Made by a program: the position numbers and the translations under genes. DNA of 64,000 nt, taken from contig OZ059899.1 of the NCBI GenBank assembly GCA_964057225.1, positions 19,344,001-19,408,000 on the forward strand, in the 5' to 3' direction. The notes below the pieces were generated by a model that worked only from the letters and a program-made list of their open reading frames with translations, was not told the origin of the DNA and searched no databases. Source of the stretch: Auanema rhodensis. Taxonomy: Eukaryota; Animalia; Nematoda. This document shows positions 25,001 through 39,200 of the stretch, piece by piece (positions within the stretch are counted from its first letter, which is position 1; the number at the start of each line of letters is the position of its first letter).

Positions 25001-28000
25001 TGAAATTTACGTGAACTTTAATTTATGCTAATTAAATGTACACGTGATGTGCACTTGGTATGTAACTCGCTTCACGTGAAAGATAAAGAGATGCAGTTCT
25101 CAAAATTAGATTCCCCATGTCCATATTAGTCTAAAAACAAATTTTTATTGATATTGGTGCATGGTAACCATGACTTTGAAATTTACGTGAACTTTAATTT
25201 ATGCTAATTAAATGTACACGTGGTGTGCACTCGGTATGTAACTCGCTTCACGTGAAAGATAAAGAGATGAGGTTTCCCAAATTAGATTCCCCATGTCCAT
25301 ATTAGTCTAAAAACAAATTTTTATCGATATTGGTGCATGGTAACCATGACTTTGAAATTTACGTGAACTTTATTTTATGCTACATAAATGTACACGTGGT
25401 GTGCACTCGGTATGTATCTCGCTTCACGTGAAAGATAAAGAGATGCGGTTTCCAAAAATAGATTCCCCATGTCCATATTAGTCTAAAAACAAATTTTTAT
25501 TGATATTGGTGCATGGTAACCATGACTTTGAAATTTACGTGAACTTTAATTTATGCTAATTAAATGTACACATGGTGTGCACTCGGTATGTAACTCGCTT
25601 CACGTGAAAGATAAAGAGATGCGGTTTTCAAAATTAGATTCCCCATGTCCATATTAGTCTAAAAACAAATTTTTATTGATATTGGTGCATGGTAACCATG
25701 ACTTTGAATTTTACGTGAACTTTAATTTATGCTAATTAAACGTACACGTGGTGTGCACTCGGTATGTAACTCGCTTCACGTGAAAGATAAAGAGATGCGG
25801 TTTTCAAAAATAGATTCCCCATGTCCATATTAGTCTAAAATCAAATTTTTATTGATATTGGTGCATGGTAACCATGACTTTGAAATTTACGTGAACTTTA
25901 ATTTATGCTAATTAAATGTACACGTGGTGTGCACTCGGTATGTAACTCGCTTCATGTGAAAGATAAAGAGATGAGGTTTCCCAAATTAGATTCCCCATGT
26001 CCATATTAGTCTAAAAACAAATTTTTATCGATATTGGTGCATGGTAACCATGACTTTGAAATTTACGTGAACTTTATTTTATGCTACATAAATGTACACG
26101 TGGTGTGCACTCGGTATGTATCTCGCTTCACGTGAAAGATAAAGAGATGCGGTTTCCAAAATTAGATTCCCCATGTCCATATTAGTCTAAAAACAGTTTT
26201 TTACTGATATTGGTGCATGGTAACCATGATTTTGAAATTTACGTGAACTTTAATTTATGCTAATTAAATGTACACATGGTGTGCACTCGGTATGTAACTC
26301 GCTTCACGTGAAAGATAAGGAGATGCGGTTTTCACAATTAGATTCCCCATGTCCATATTAGTCTAAAAACAAATTTTTATTGATATTGGTGCATGGTAAC
26401 CATGACTTTGAATTTTACGTGAACTTTAATTTATGCTAATTAAACGTACACGTGGTGTGCACTCGGTATGTAACTCGCTTCACGTGAAAGATAAAGAGAT
26501 GCAGTTCTCAAAATTAGATTCCCCATGTCCATATTAGTCTAAAAACAAATTTTTATTGATATTGGTGCATGGTAACCATGACTTTGAAATTTACGTGAAC
26601 TTTAATTTATGCTAATTAAATGTACACATGGTGTGCACTCGGTATGTAACTCGCTTCACGTGAAAGATAGAGAGATGCGGTTTTCAAAATTAGATTCCCC
26701 ATGTCCATATTAGTCTTAAAACAAATTTTCATTGATATTGGTGCATGGTAACCATGACTTTGAAATTTACGTGAACTTTAATTTATGCTAATTAAATGTA
26801 CACGTGATGTGCACTTGGTATGTAACTCGCTTCACGTGAAAGATAAAGAGATGCAGTTCTCAAAATTAGATTCCCCATGTACATATTAGTCTAAAAACAA
26901 ATTTTTATTGATATTGGTGCATGGTAACCATGACTTTGAAATTTACGTGAACTTTAATTTATGCTAATTAAATGTACACGTGATGTGCACTTGGTATGTA
27001 ACTTGCTTCACGTGAAAGACAAAGAGATGCGGTTTTCAAAATTAGATTCCCCATGTCCATATTAGTCTTAAAACAAATTTTCATTGATATTGGTGCATGG
27101 TAACCATGACTTTGAAATTTACGTGAACTTTAATTTATGCTAATTAAATGTACACGTGATGTGCACTTGGTATGTAACTCGCTTCACGTGAGAGATAAAG
27201 AGATGCAGTTCTCAAAATTAGATTCCCCATGTCCATATTAGTCTAAAAACAAATTTTTATTGATATTGGTGCATGGTAACCATGACTTTGAAATTTACGT
27301 GAACTTTAATTTATGCTAATTAAATGTACACGTGGTGTGCACTCGGTATGTAACTCGCTTCACGTGAAAGATAAAGAGATGAGGTTTTCAAAATTAGATT
27401 CCCCATGTCCATATTAGTCTAAAAACAAATTTTTATCGATATTGGTGCATGGTAACCATGACTTTGAAATTTACGTGAACTTTAATTTATGCTAATTAAA
27501 TGTACACATGGTGTGCACTCGGTATGTAACTCGCTTCACGTGAAAGATAAAGAGATGCGGTTTTCAAAATTAGATTCCCCATGTCCATATTAGTCTAAAA
27601 ACAAATTTTTATTGATATTGGTGCATGGTAACCATGACTTTGAATTTTACGTGAACTTTAATTTATGCTAATTAAACGTACACGTGGTGTGCACTCAGTA
27701 TGTAACTCGCTTCACGTGAAAGATAAAGAGATGCGGTTTTCAAAAATAGATTCCCCATGTCCATATTAGTCTAAAATCAAATTTTTATTGATATTGGTGC
27801 ATGGTAACCATGACTTTGAAATTTACGTGAACTTTAATTTATGCTAATTAAATGTACACGTGGTGTGCACTCGGTATGTAACTCGCTTCACGTGAAAGAT
27901 AAAGAGATGAGGTTTCCCAAATTAGATTCCCCATGTCCATATTAGTCTAAAAACAAATTTTTATCGATATTGGTGCATGGTAACCATGACTTTGAAATTT

Positions 28001-31000
28001 ACGTGAACTTTATTTTATGCTACATAAATGTACACGTGGTGTGCACTCGGTATGTATCTCGCTTCACGTGAAAGATAAAGAGATGCGGTTTCCAAAATTA
28101 GATTCCCCATGTCCATATTAGTCTAAAAACAGTTTTTTACTGATATTGGTGCATGGTAACCATGATTTTGAAATTTACGTGAACTTTAATTTATGCTAAT
28201 TAAATGTACACATGGTGTGCACTCGGTATGTAACTCGCTTCACGTGAAAGATAAGGAGATGCGGTTTTCACAATTAGATTCCCCATGTCCATATTAGTCT
28301 AAAAACAAATTTTTATTGATATTGGTGCATGGTAACCATGACTTTGAAATTTACGTGAACTTTAATTTATGCTAATTAAACGTACACGTGGTGTGCACTC
28401 GGTATGTAACTCGCTTCACGTGAAAGATAAAGAGATGCGGTTTTCAAAAATAGATTCCCCATGTCCATATTAGTCTAAAATCAAATTTTTATTGATATTG
28501 GTGCATGGTAACCATGACTTTGAAATTTACGTGAACTTTAATTTATGCTAATTAAATGTACACGTGGTGTGCACTCGGTATGTAACTCGCTTCACGTGAA
28601 AGATAAAGAGATGAGGTTTCCCAAATTAGATTCCCCATGTCCATATTAGTCTAAAAACAAATTTTTATCGATATTGGTGCATGGTAACCATGACTTTGAA
28701 ATTTACGTGAACTTTATTTTATGCTACATAAATGTACACGTGGTGTGCACTCGGTATGTATCTCGCTTCACATGAAAGATAAAGAGATGCGGTTTCCAAA
28801 ATTAGATTCCCCATGTCCATATTAGTCTAAAAACAGTTTTTTACTGATATTGGTGCATGGTAACCATGATTTTGAAATTTACGTGAACTTTAATTTATGC
28901 TAATTAAATGTACACATGGTGTGCACTCGGTATGTAACTCGCTTCACGTGAAAGATAAAGAGATGCGGTTCTCAAGATTAGATTCCCCATGTCCATATTA
29001 GTCTAAAAACAAATTTTTATTGATATTGGTGCATGGTAACCATGACTTTGAATTTTACGTGAACTTTAATTTATGCTAATTAAATGTACACGTGATGTGC
29101 ACTTGGTATGTAACTCGCTTCACGTGAAAGATAAGGAGATGCGGTTTTCACAATTAGATTCCCCATGTCCATATTAGTCTAAAAACAAATTTTTATTGAT
29201 ATTGGTGCATGGTAACCATGACTTTGAATTTTACGTGAACTTTAATTTATGCTAATTAAATGTACACGTGATGTGCACTTGGTATGTAACTCGCTTCACG
29301 TGAAAGATAAGGAGATGCGGTTTTCACAATTAGATTCCCCATGTCCATATTAGTCTAAAAACAAATTTTTATTGATATTGGTGCATGGTAACCATGACTT
29401 TGAAATTTACGTGAACTTCAATTTATGCTAATTAAATGTACACGCGGTGTGCACTTGGTATGTAACTCGCTTCACGTGAAAGATAAAGAGATGCGGTTTT
29501 AAAAATTAGATTCCCCATGTCCATATTAGTCTAAAAACAGTTTTTTACTGATATTGGTGCATGGTAACCATGATTTTGAAATTTACGTGAACTTTAATTT
29601 ATGCTAATTAAATGTACACGTGGTGTGCACTCGGTATGTAACTCGCTTCACGTGAAAGATAAAGAGATGCGGTTAACAAAATTAGATTTCCTATGTCCAT
29701 ATTAGTCTAAAAACAAATTTTTATTGATATTGGTTCATGGTAACCATGACTTTGAAATTTACGTGAACTTTAATTTATGCTAATTAAATGTACACGTGAT
29801 GTGCACTTGGGTATGTAACTCGCTTCACGTGAAAGATAAAGAGATGCAGTTCTCAAAATTAGATTCCCCATGTCCATATTAGTCTTAAAACAAATTTTCA
29901 TTGATATTGGTGCATGGTAACCATGACTTTGAAATTTACGTGAACTTTAATTTATGCTAATTAAATGTACACGTGATGTGCACTTGGTATGTAACTTGCT
30001 TCACGTGAAAGATAAAGAGATGCGGTTTTCAAAATTAGATTCCCCATGTCCATATTAGTCTTAAAACAAATTTTCATTGATATTGGTGCATGGTAACCAT
30101 GACTTTGAAATTTACGTGAACTTTAATTTATGCTAATTAAATGTACACGTGATGTGCACTTGGTATGTAACTCGCTTCACGTGAAAGATAAAGAGATGCA
30201 GTTCTCAAAATTAGATTCCCCATGTCCATATTAGTCTAAAAACAAATTTTTATTGATATTGGTGCATGGTAACCATGACTTTGAAATTTACGTGAACTTT
30301 AATTTATGCTAATTAAATGTACACGTGATGTGCACTTGGTATGTAACTTGCTTCACGTGAAAGATAAAGAGATGCGGTTTTCAAAATTAGATTCCCCATG
30401 TCCATATTAGTCTTAAAACAAATTTTCATTGATATTGGTGCATGGTAACCATGACTTTGAAATTTACGTGAACTTTAATTTATGCTAATTAAATGTACAC
30501 GTGATGTGCACTTGGTATGTAACTCGCTTCACGTGAAAGATAAAGAGATGCAGTTCTCAAAATTAGATTCCCCATGTCCATATTAGTCTTAAAACAAATT
30601 TTCATTGATATTGGTGCATGGTAACCATGACTTTGAAATTTACGTGAACTTTAATTTATGCTAATTAAATGTACACGTGATGTGCACTTGGTATGTAACT
30701 CGCTTCACGTGAAAGATAAAAAGATGCAGTTCTCAAAAATAGATTCCCCATGTCCATATTAGTCTAAAAACAAATTTTTATTGATATTGGTGCATGGTAA
30801 CCATGACTTTGAAATTTACGTGAACTTTAATTTATGCTAATCAAATGTACACGTGGTGTGCACTCGGTATGTAACTCGCTTCACGTGAAAGATAAAGAGA
30901 TGAGGTTTTCCAAATTAGATTCCCCATGTCCATATTAGTCTAAAAACAAATTTTTATTGATATTGGTGCATGGTAACCATGACTTTGAAATTTACGTGAA

Positions 31001-33973
31001 CTTTAATTTATGCTAATTAAATGTACACGTGATGTGCACTTGGTATGTAACTTGCTTCACGTGAAAGATAAAGAGATGCGGTTTTCAAAATTAGATTCCC
31101 CATGTCCATATTAGTCTTAAAACAAATTTTCATTGATATTGGTGCATGGTAACCATGACTTTGAAATTTACGTGAACTTTAATTTATGCTAATTAAATGT
31201 ACACGTGATGTGCACTTGGTATGTAACTCGCTTCACGTGAAAGATAAAAAGATGCAGTTCTCAAAATTAGATTCCCCATGTCCATATTAGTCTAAAAACA
31301 AATTTTTATTGATATTGGTGCATGGTAACCATGACTTTGAAATTTACGTGAACTTTAATTTATGCTAATTAAATGTACACGTGGTGTGCACTCGGTATGT
31401 AACTCGCTTCACGTGAAAGATAAAGAGATGAGGTTTTCCAAATTAGATTCCCCATGTCCATATTAGTCTAAAAACAAATTTTTATCGATATTGGTGCATG
31501 GTAACCATGACTTTGAAATTTACGTGAACTTTATTTTATGCTACATAAATGTACACGTGGTGTGCACTCGGTACGTATCTCGCTTCACGTGAAAGATAAA
31601 GAGATGCGGTTTCCAAACTTAGATTCCCCATGTCCATATTAGTCTAAAAACAGTTTTTTACTGATATTGGTGCATGGTAACCATGATTTTGAAATTTACG
31701 TGAACTTTAATTTATGCTAATTAAACGTACACGTGGTGTGCACTCGGTATGTAACTCGCTTCACGTGAAAGATAAAGAGATGCGGTTTTCAAAATTAGAT
31801 TCCCCATGTCCATATTAGTCTAAAAACAAATTTTCATTGATATTGGTGCATGGTAACCATGACTTTGAATTTTACGTGAACTTTAATTTATGCTAATTAA
31901 ACGTACACGTGGTGTGCACTCGGTATGTAACTCGCTTCACGTGAAAGATAAAGAGATGCGGTTTTCAAAAATAGATTCCCCATGTCCATATTAGTCTAAA
32001 AACAAATTTTTATTGATATTGGTGCATGGTAACCATGACTTTGAATTTTACGTGAACTTTAATTTATGCTAATTAAATGTACACGTGATGTGCACTTGGT
32101 ATGTAACTCGCTTCACGTGAAAGATAAGGAGATGCGGTTTTCACAATTAGATTCCCCATGTCCATATTAGTCTAAAAACAAATTTTTATTGATATTGGTG
32201 CATGGTAACCATGACTTTGAAATTTACGTGAACTTCAATTTATGCTAATTAAATGTACACGCGGTGTGCACTTGGTATGTAACTCGCTTCACGTGAAAGA
32301 TAAAGAGATGCGGTTTTCAAAATTAGATTCCCCATGTCCATATTAGTCTAAAAACAAATTTTCATTGATATTGGTGCATGGTAACCATGACTTTGAATTT
32401 TACGTGAACTTTAATTTATGCTAATTAAACGTACACGTGGTGTGCACTCGGTATGTAACTCGCTTCACGTGAAAGATAAAGAGATGCGGTTTTCAAAAAT
32501 AGATTCCCCACGTCCATATTAGTCTAAAAACAAATTTTTATTGATATTGGTGCATGGTAACCATGACTTTGAATTTTACGTGAACTTTAATTTATGCTAA
32601 TTAAATGTACACGTGATGTGCACTTGGTATGTAACTCGCTTCACGTGAAAGATAAGGAGATGCGGTTTTCACAATTAGATTCCCCATGTCCATATTAGTC
32701 TAAAAACAAATTTTTATTGATATTGGTGCATGGTAACCATGACTTTGAAATTTACGTGAACTTCAATTTATGCTAATTAAATGTACACGCGGTGTGCACT
32801 TGGTATGTAACTCGCTTCACGTGAAAGATAAAGAGATGCGGTTTTAAAAATTAGATTCCCCATGTCCACATTAGTCTAAAAACAGTTTTTTACTGATATT
32901 GGTGCATGGTAACCATGATTTTGAAATTTACGTGAACTTTAATTTATGCTAATTAAATGTACACGTGGTGTGCACTCGGTATGTAACTAGCTTCACGTGA
33001 AAGATAAAGAGATGCGGTTAACAAAATTAGATTTCCTATGTCCATATTAGTCTAAAAACAAATTTTTATTGATATTGGTTCATGGTAACCATGACTTTGA
33101 AATTTACGTGAACTTTAATTTATGCTAATTAAATGTACACGTGATGTGCACTTGGGTATGTAACTCGCTTCACGTGAAAGATAAAGAGATGCAGTTCTCA
33201 AAATTAGATTCCCCATGTCCATATTAGTCTTAAAACAAATTTTCATTGATATTGGTGCATGGTAACCATGACTTTGAATTTTACGTGAACTTTAATTTAT
33301 GCTAATTAAACGTACACGTGGTGTGCACTCGGTATGTAACTCGCTTCACGTGAAAGATAAAGAGATGCGGTTTTCAAAAATAGATTCCCCATGTCCACAT
33401 TAGTCTAAAAACAGTTTTTTACTGATATTGGTGCATGGTAACCATGATTTTGAAATTTACGTGAACTTTAATTTATGCTAATTAAATGTACACGTGGTGT
33501 GCACTCGGTATGTAACTAGCTTCACGTGAAAGATAAAGAGATGCGGTTAACAAAATTAGATTTCCTATGTCCATATTAGTCTAAAAACAAATTTTTATTG
33601 ATATTGGTTCATGGTAACCATGACTTTGAAATTTACGTGAACTTTAATTTATGCTAATTAAATGTACACGTGATGTGCACTTGGGTATGTAACTCGCTTC
33701 ACGTGAAAGATAAAGAGATGCAGTTCTCAAAATTAGATTCCCCATGTCCATATTAGTCTTAAAACAAATTTTCATTGATATTGGTGCATGGTAACCATGA
33801 CTTTGAATTTTACGTGAACTTTAATTTATGCTAATTAAACGTACACGTGGTGTGCACTCGGTATGTAACTCGCTTCACGTGAAAGATAAAGAGATGCGGT
33901 TTTCAAAAATAGATTCCCCATGTCCATATTAGTCTAAAAACAAATTTTTATTGATATTGGTGCATGGTAACCA

Positions 33974-36262
33974 TGACTTTGAATTTTACGTGAACTTTAA
34001 TTTATGCTAATTAAATGTACACGTGATGTGCACTTGGTATGTAACTCGCTTCACGTGAAAGATAAGGAGATGCGGTTTTCACAATTAGATTCCCCATGTC
34101 CATATTAGTCTAAAAACAAATTTTTATTGATATTGGTGCATGGTAACCATGACTTTGAAATTTACGTGAACTTCAATTTATGCTAATTAAATGTACACGC
34201 GGTGTGCACTTGGTATGTAACTCGCTTCACGTGAAAGATAAAGAGATGCGGTTTTAAAAATTAGATTCCCCATGTCCACATTAGTCTAAAAACAGTTTTT
34301 TACTGATATTGGTGCATGGTAACCATGATTTTGAAATTTACGTGAACTTTAATTTATGCTAATTAAATGTACACGTGGTGTGCACTCGGTATGTAACTAG
34401 CTTCACGTGAAAGATAAAGAGATGCGGTTAACAAAATTAGATTTCCTATGTCCATATTAGTCTAAAAACAAATTTTTATTGATATTGGTTCATGGTAACC
34501 ATGACTTTGAAATTTACGTGAACTTTAATTTATGCTAATTAAATGTACACGTGATGTGCACTTGGGTATGTAACTCGCTTCACGTGAAAGATAAAGAGAT
34601 GCAGTTCTCAAAATTAGATTCCCCATGTCCATATTAGTCTTAAAACAAATTTTCATTGATATTGGTGCATGGTAACCATGACTTTGAAATTTACGTAAAC
34701 TTTAATTTATGCTAATTAAATGTACACGTGATGTGCACTTGGTATGTAACTCGCTTCACGTGAAAGATAAAGAGATGCAGTTCTCAAAATTAGATTCCCC
34801 ATGTCCATATTAGTCTAAAAACAAATTTTTATTGATATTGGTGCATGGTAACCATGACTTTGAAATTTACGTGAACTTTAATTTATGCTAATTAAATGTA
34901 CACGTGATGTGCACTTGGTATGTAACTTGCTTCACGTGAAAGATAAAGAGATGCGGTTTTCAAAATTAGATTCCCCATGTCCATATTAGTCTTAAAACAA
35001 ATTTTCATTGATATTGGTGCATGGTAACCATGACTTTGAAATTTACGTGAACTTTAATTTATGCTAATTAAATGTACACGTGATGTGCACTTGGTATGTA
35101 ACTCGCTTCACGTGAAAGATAAAGAGATGCAGTTCTCAAAATTAGATTCCCCATGTCCATATTAGTCTAAAAACAAATTTTTATTGATATTGGTGCATGG
35201 TAACCATGACTTTGAAATTTACGTGAACTTTAATTTATGCTAATTAAATGTACACGTGGTGTGCACTCGGTATGTAACTCGCTTCACGTGAAAGATAAAG
35301 AGATGCGGTTTATAAAATTAGATTCCCCATGTCCATATTAGTCTAAAAACAAATTTTTATTGATATTGGTGCATGGTAACCATGACTTTGAAATTTACGT
35401 GAACTTTAATTTATGCTAATTAAATGTACACGTGATGTGCACTTGGTATGTAACTCGCTTCACGTGAAAGATAAGGAGATGCGGTTTCCAAAAATAGATT
35501 CCCCATGTCCATATTAGTCTAAAAACAAATTTTTATTGATATTGGTGCATGGTAACCATGACTTTGAAATTTACGTGAACTTTAATTTATGCTAATTAAA
35601 TGTACACGTGGTGTGCACTCGGTATGTAACTCGCTTCACGTGAAAGATAAAGAGATGAGGTTTTCCAAATTAGATTCCCCATGTCCATATTAGTCTAAAA
35701 ACAAATTTTTATCGATATTGGTGCATGGTAACCATGACTTTGAAATTTACGTGAACTTTATTTTATGCTACATAAATGTACACGTGGTGTGCACTCGGTA
35801 TGTATCTCGCTTCACGTGAAAGATAAAGAGATGCGGTTTCCAAAATTAGATTCCCCATGTCCATATTAGTCTAAAAACAGTTTTTTACTGATATTGGTGC
35901 ATGGTAACCATGATTTTGAAATTTACGTGAACTTTAATTTATGCTAATTAAATGTACACATGGTGTGCACTCGGTATGTAACTCGCTTCACGTGAAAGAT
36001 AAAGAGATGCGGTTTTCAAAATTAGATTCCCCATGTCCATATTAGTCTAAAAACAAATTTTTATTGATATTGGTGCATGGTAACCATGACTTTGAATTTT
36101 ACGTGAACTTTAATTTATGCTAATTAAACGTACACGTGGTGTGCACTCGGTATGTAACTCGCTTCACGTGAAAGATAAAGAGATGCGGTTTTCAAAAATA
36201 GATTCCCCATGTCCATATTAGTCTAAAAACAAATTTTTATTGATATTGGTGCATGGTAACCA
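33974..36262 (+). repeat. Second clear copy of the HOR cassette (13 monomers, including one 177-bp monomer)
   Basis: Same ordered series of diagnostic monomers as 19538-22001, with one fewer monomer in the alternating A/B stretch. Confidence 0.72.
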
Positions 36263-39200
36263 TGACTTTGAATTTTACGTGAACTTTAATTTATGCTAAT
36301 TAAACGTACACGTGGTGTGCACTCGGTATGTAACTCGCTTCACGTGAAAGATAAAGAGATGCGGTTTTCAAAAATAGATTCCCCATGTCCATATTAGTCT
36401 AAAAACAAATTTTTATTGATATTGGTGCATGGTAACCATGACTTTGAATTTTACGTGAACTTTAATTTATGCTAATTAAATGTACACGTGATGTGCACTT
36501 GGTATGTAACTCGCTTCACGTGAAAGATAAAGAAATGCGGTTTTTAAAATTAGATTCCCCATGTCCATATTAGTCTAAAAACAAATTTTTATTGATATTG
36601 GTGCATGGTAACCATGACTTTGAAATTTACGTGAACTTTAATTTATGCTAATTAAATGTACACATGGTGTGCACTCGGTATGTAACTCGCTTCACGTGAA
36701 AGATAAAGAGATGCGGTTTTAAAAATTAGATTCCCCATGTCCATATTAGTCTAAAAACAGTTTTTTACTGATATTGGTGCATGGTAACCATGATTTTGAA
36801 ATTTACGTGAACTTTAATTTATGCTAATTAAATGTACACGTGGTGTGCACTCGGTATGTAACTCGCTTCACGTGAAAGATAAAGAGATGCGGTTAACAAA
36901 ATTAGATTTCCTATGTCCATATTAGTCTAAAAACAAATTTTTATTGATATTGGTTCATGGTAACCATGACTTTGAAATTTACGTGAACTTTAATTTATGC
37001 TAATTAAATGTACACGTGGTGTGCACTCGGTATGTAACTCGCTTCACGTGAAAGATAAAGAGATGCGGTTTTCAAAAATAGATTCCCCATGTCCATATTA
37101 GTCTAAAAACAAATTTTTATTGATATTGGTGCATGGTAACCATGACTTTGAATTTTACGTGAACTTTAATTTATGCTAATTAAATGTACACGTGATGTGC
37201 ACTTGGTATGTAACTCGCTTCACGTGAAAGATAAAGAAATGCGGTTTTTAAAATTAGATTCCCCATGTCCATATTAGTCTAAAAACAAATTTTTATTGAT
37301 ATTGGTGCATGGTAACCATGACTTTGAATTTTACGTGAACTTTAATTTATGCTAATTAAATGTACACGTGATGTGCACTTGGTATGTAACTCGCTTCACG
37401 TGAAAGATAAAGAAATGCGGTTTTTAAAATTAGATTCCCCATGTCCATATTAGTCTAAAAACAAATTTTTATTGATATTGGTGCATGGTAACCATGACTT
37501 TGAAATTTACGTGAACTTTAATTTATGCTAATTAAATGTACACGTGGTGTGCACTCGGTATGTAACTCGCTTCACGTGAAAGATAAAAAGATGCGGTTTT
37601 CAAAATTTGATTCCTCTTGTCCATATTAGTCTAAAAACAAATTTTTATTGATATTGGTGCATGGTAACCATGACTTTGAAATTTACGTGAACTTTAATTT
37701 ATGCTAATTAAATGTACACGTGATGTGCACTTGGTATGTAACTCGCTTCACGTGAAAGATAAAGAGATGCGGTTAACAAAATTAGATTTCCTATGTCCAT
37801 ATTAGTCTAAAAACAAATTTTTATTGATATTGGTTCATGGTAACCATGACTTTGAAATTTACGTGAACTTTAATTTATGCTAATTAAATGTACACGTGGT
37901 GTGCACTCGGTATGTAACTCGCTTCACGTGAAAGATAAAAAGATGCGGTTTTCAAAATTTGATTCCTCTTGTCCATATTAGTCTAAAAACAAATTTTTAT
38001 TGATATTGGTGCATGGTAACCATGACTTTGAAATTTACGTGAACTTTAATTTATGCTAATTAAATGTACACGTGATGTGCACTTGGTATGTAACTCGCTT
38101 CACGTGAAAGATAAAGAGATGCAGTTCTCAAAATTAGATTCCCCATGTCCACATTAGTCTAAAAACAGTTTTTTACTGATATTGGTGCATGGTAACCATG
38201 ATTTTGAAATTTACGTGAACTTTAATTTATGCTAATTAAATGTACACGTGGTGTGCACTCGGTATGTAACTAGCTTCACGTGAAAGATAAAGAGATGCGG
38301 TTAACAAAATTAGATTTCCTATGTCCATATTAGTCTAAAAACAAATTTTTATTGATATTGGTTCATGGTAACCATGACTTTGAAATTTACGTGAACTTTA
38401 ATTTATGCTAATTAAATGTACACGTGATGTGCACTTGGTATGTAACTCGCTTCACGTGAAAGATAAAGAAATGCGGTTTTTAAAATTAGATTCCCCATGT
38501 CCATATTAGTCTAAAAACAAATTTTTATTGATATTGGTGCATGGTAACCATGACTTTGAAATTTACGTGAACTTTAATTTATGCTAATTAAATGTACACA
38601 TGGTGTGCACTCGGTATGTAACTCGCTTCACGTGAAAGATAAAGAGATGCGGTTTTAAAAATTAGATTCCCCATGTCCATATTAGTCTAAAAACAGTTTT
38701 TTACTGATATTGGTGCATGGTAACCATGATTTTGAAATTTACGTGAACTTTAATTTATGCTAATTAAATGTACACGTGGTGTGCACTCGGTATGTAACTC
38801 GCTTCACGTGAAAGATAAAGAGATGCGGTTAACAAAATTAGATTTCCTATGTCCATATTAGTCTAAAAACAAATTTTTATTGATATTGGTTCATGGTAAC
38901 CATGACTTTGAAATTTACGTGAACTTTAATTTATGCTAATTAAATGTACACGTGGTGTGCACTCGGTATGTAACTCGCTTCACGTGAAAGATAAAAAGAT
39001 GCGGTTTTCAAAATTTGATTCCTCTTGTCCATATTAGTCTAAAAACAAATTTTTATTGATATTGGTGCATGGTAACCATGACTTTGAAATTTACGTGAAC
39101 TTTAATTTATGCTAATTAAATGTACACGTGATGTGCACTTGGTATGTAACTCGCTTCACGTGAAAGATAAAGAGATGCAGTTCTCAAAATTAGATTCCCC

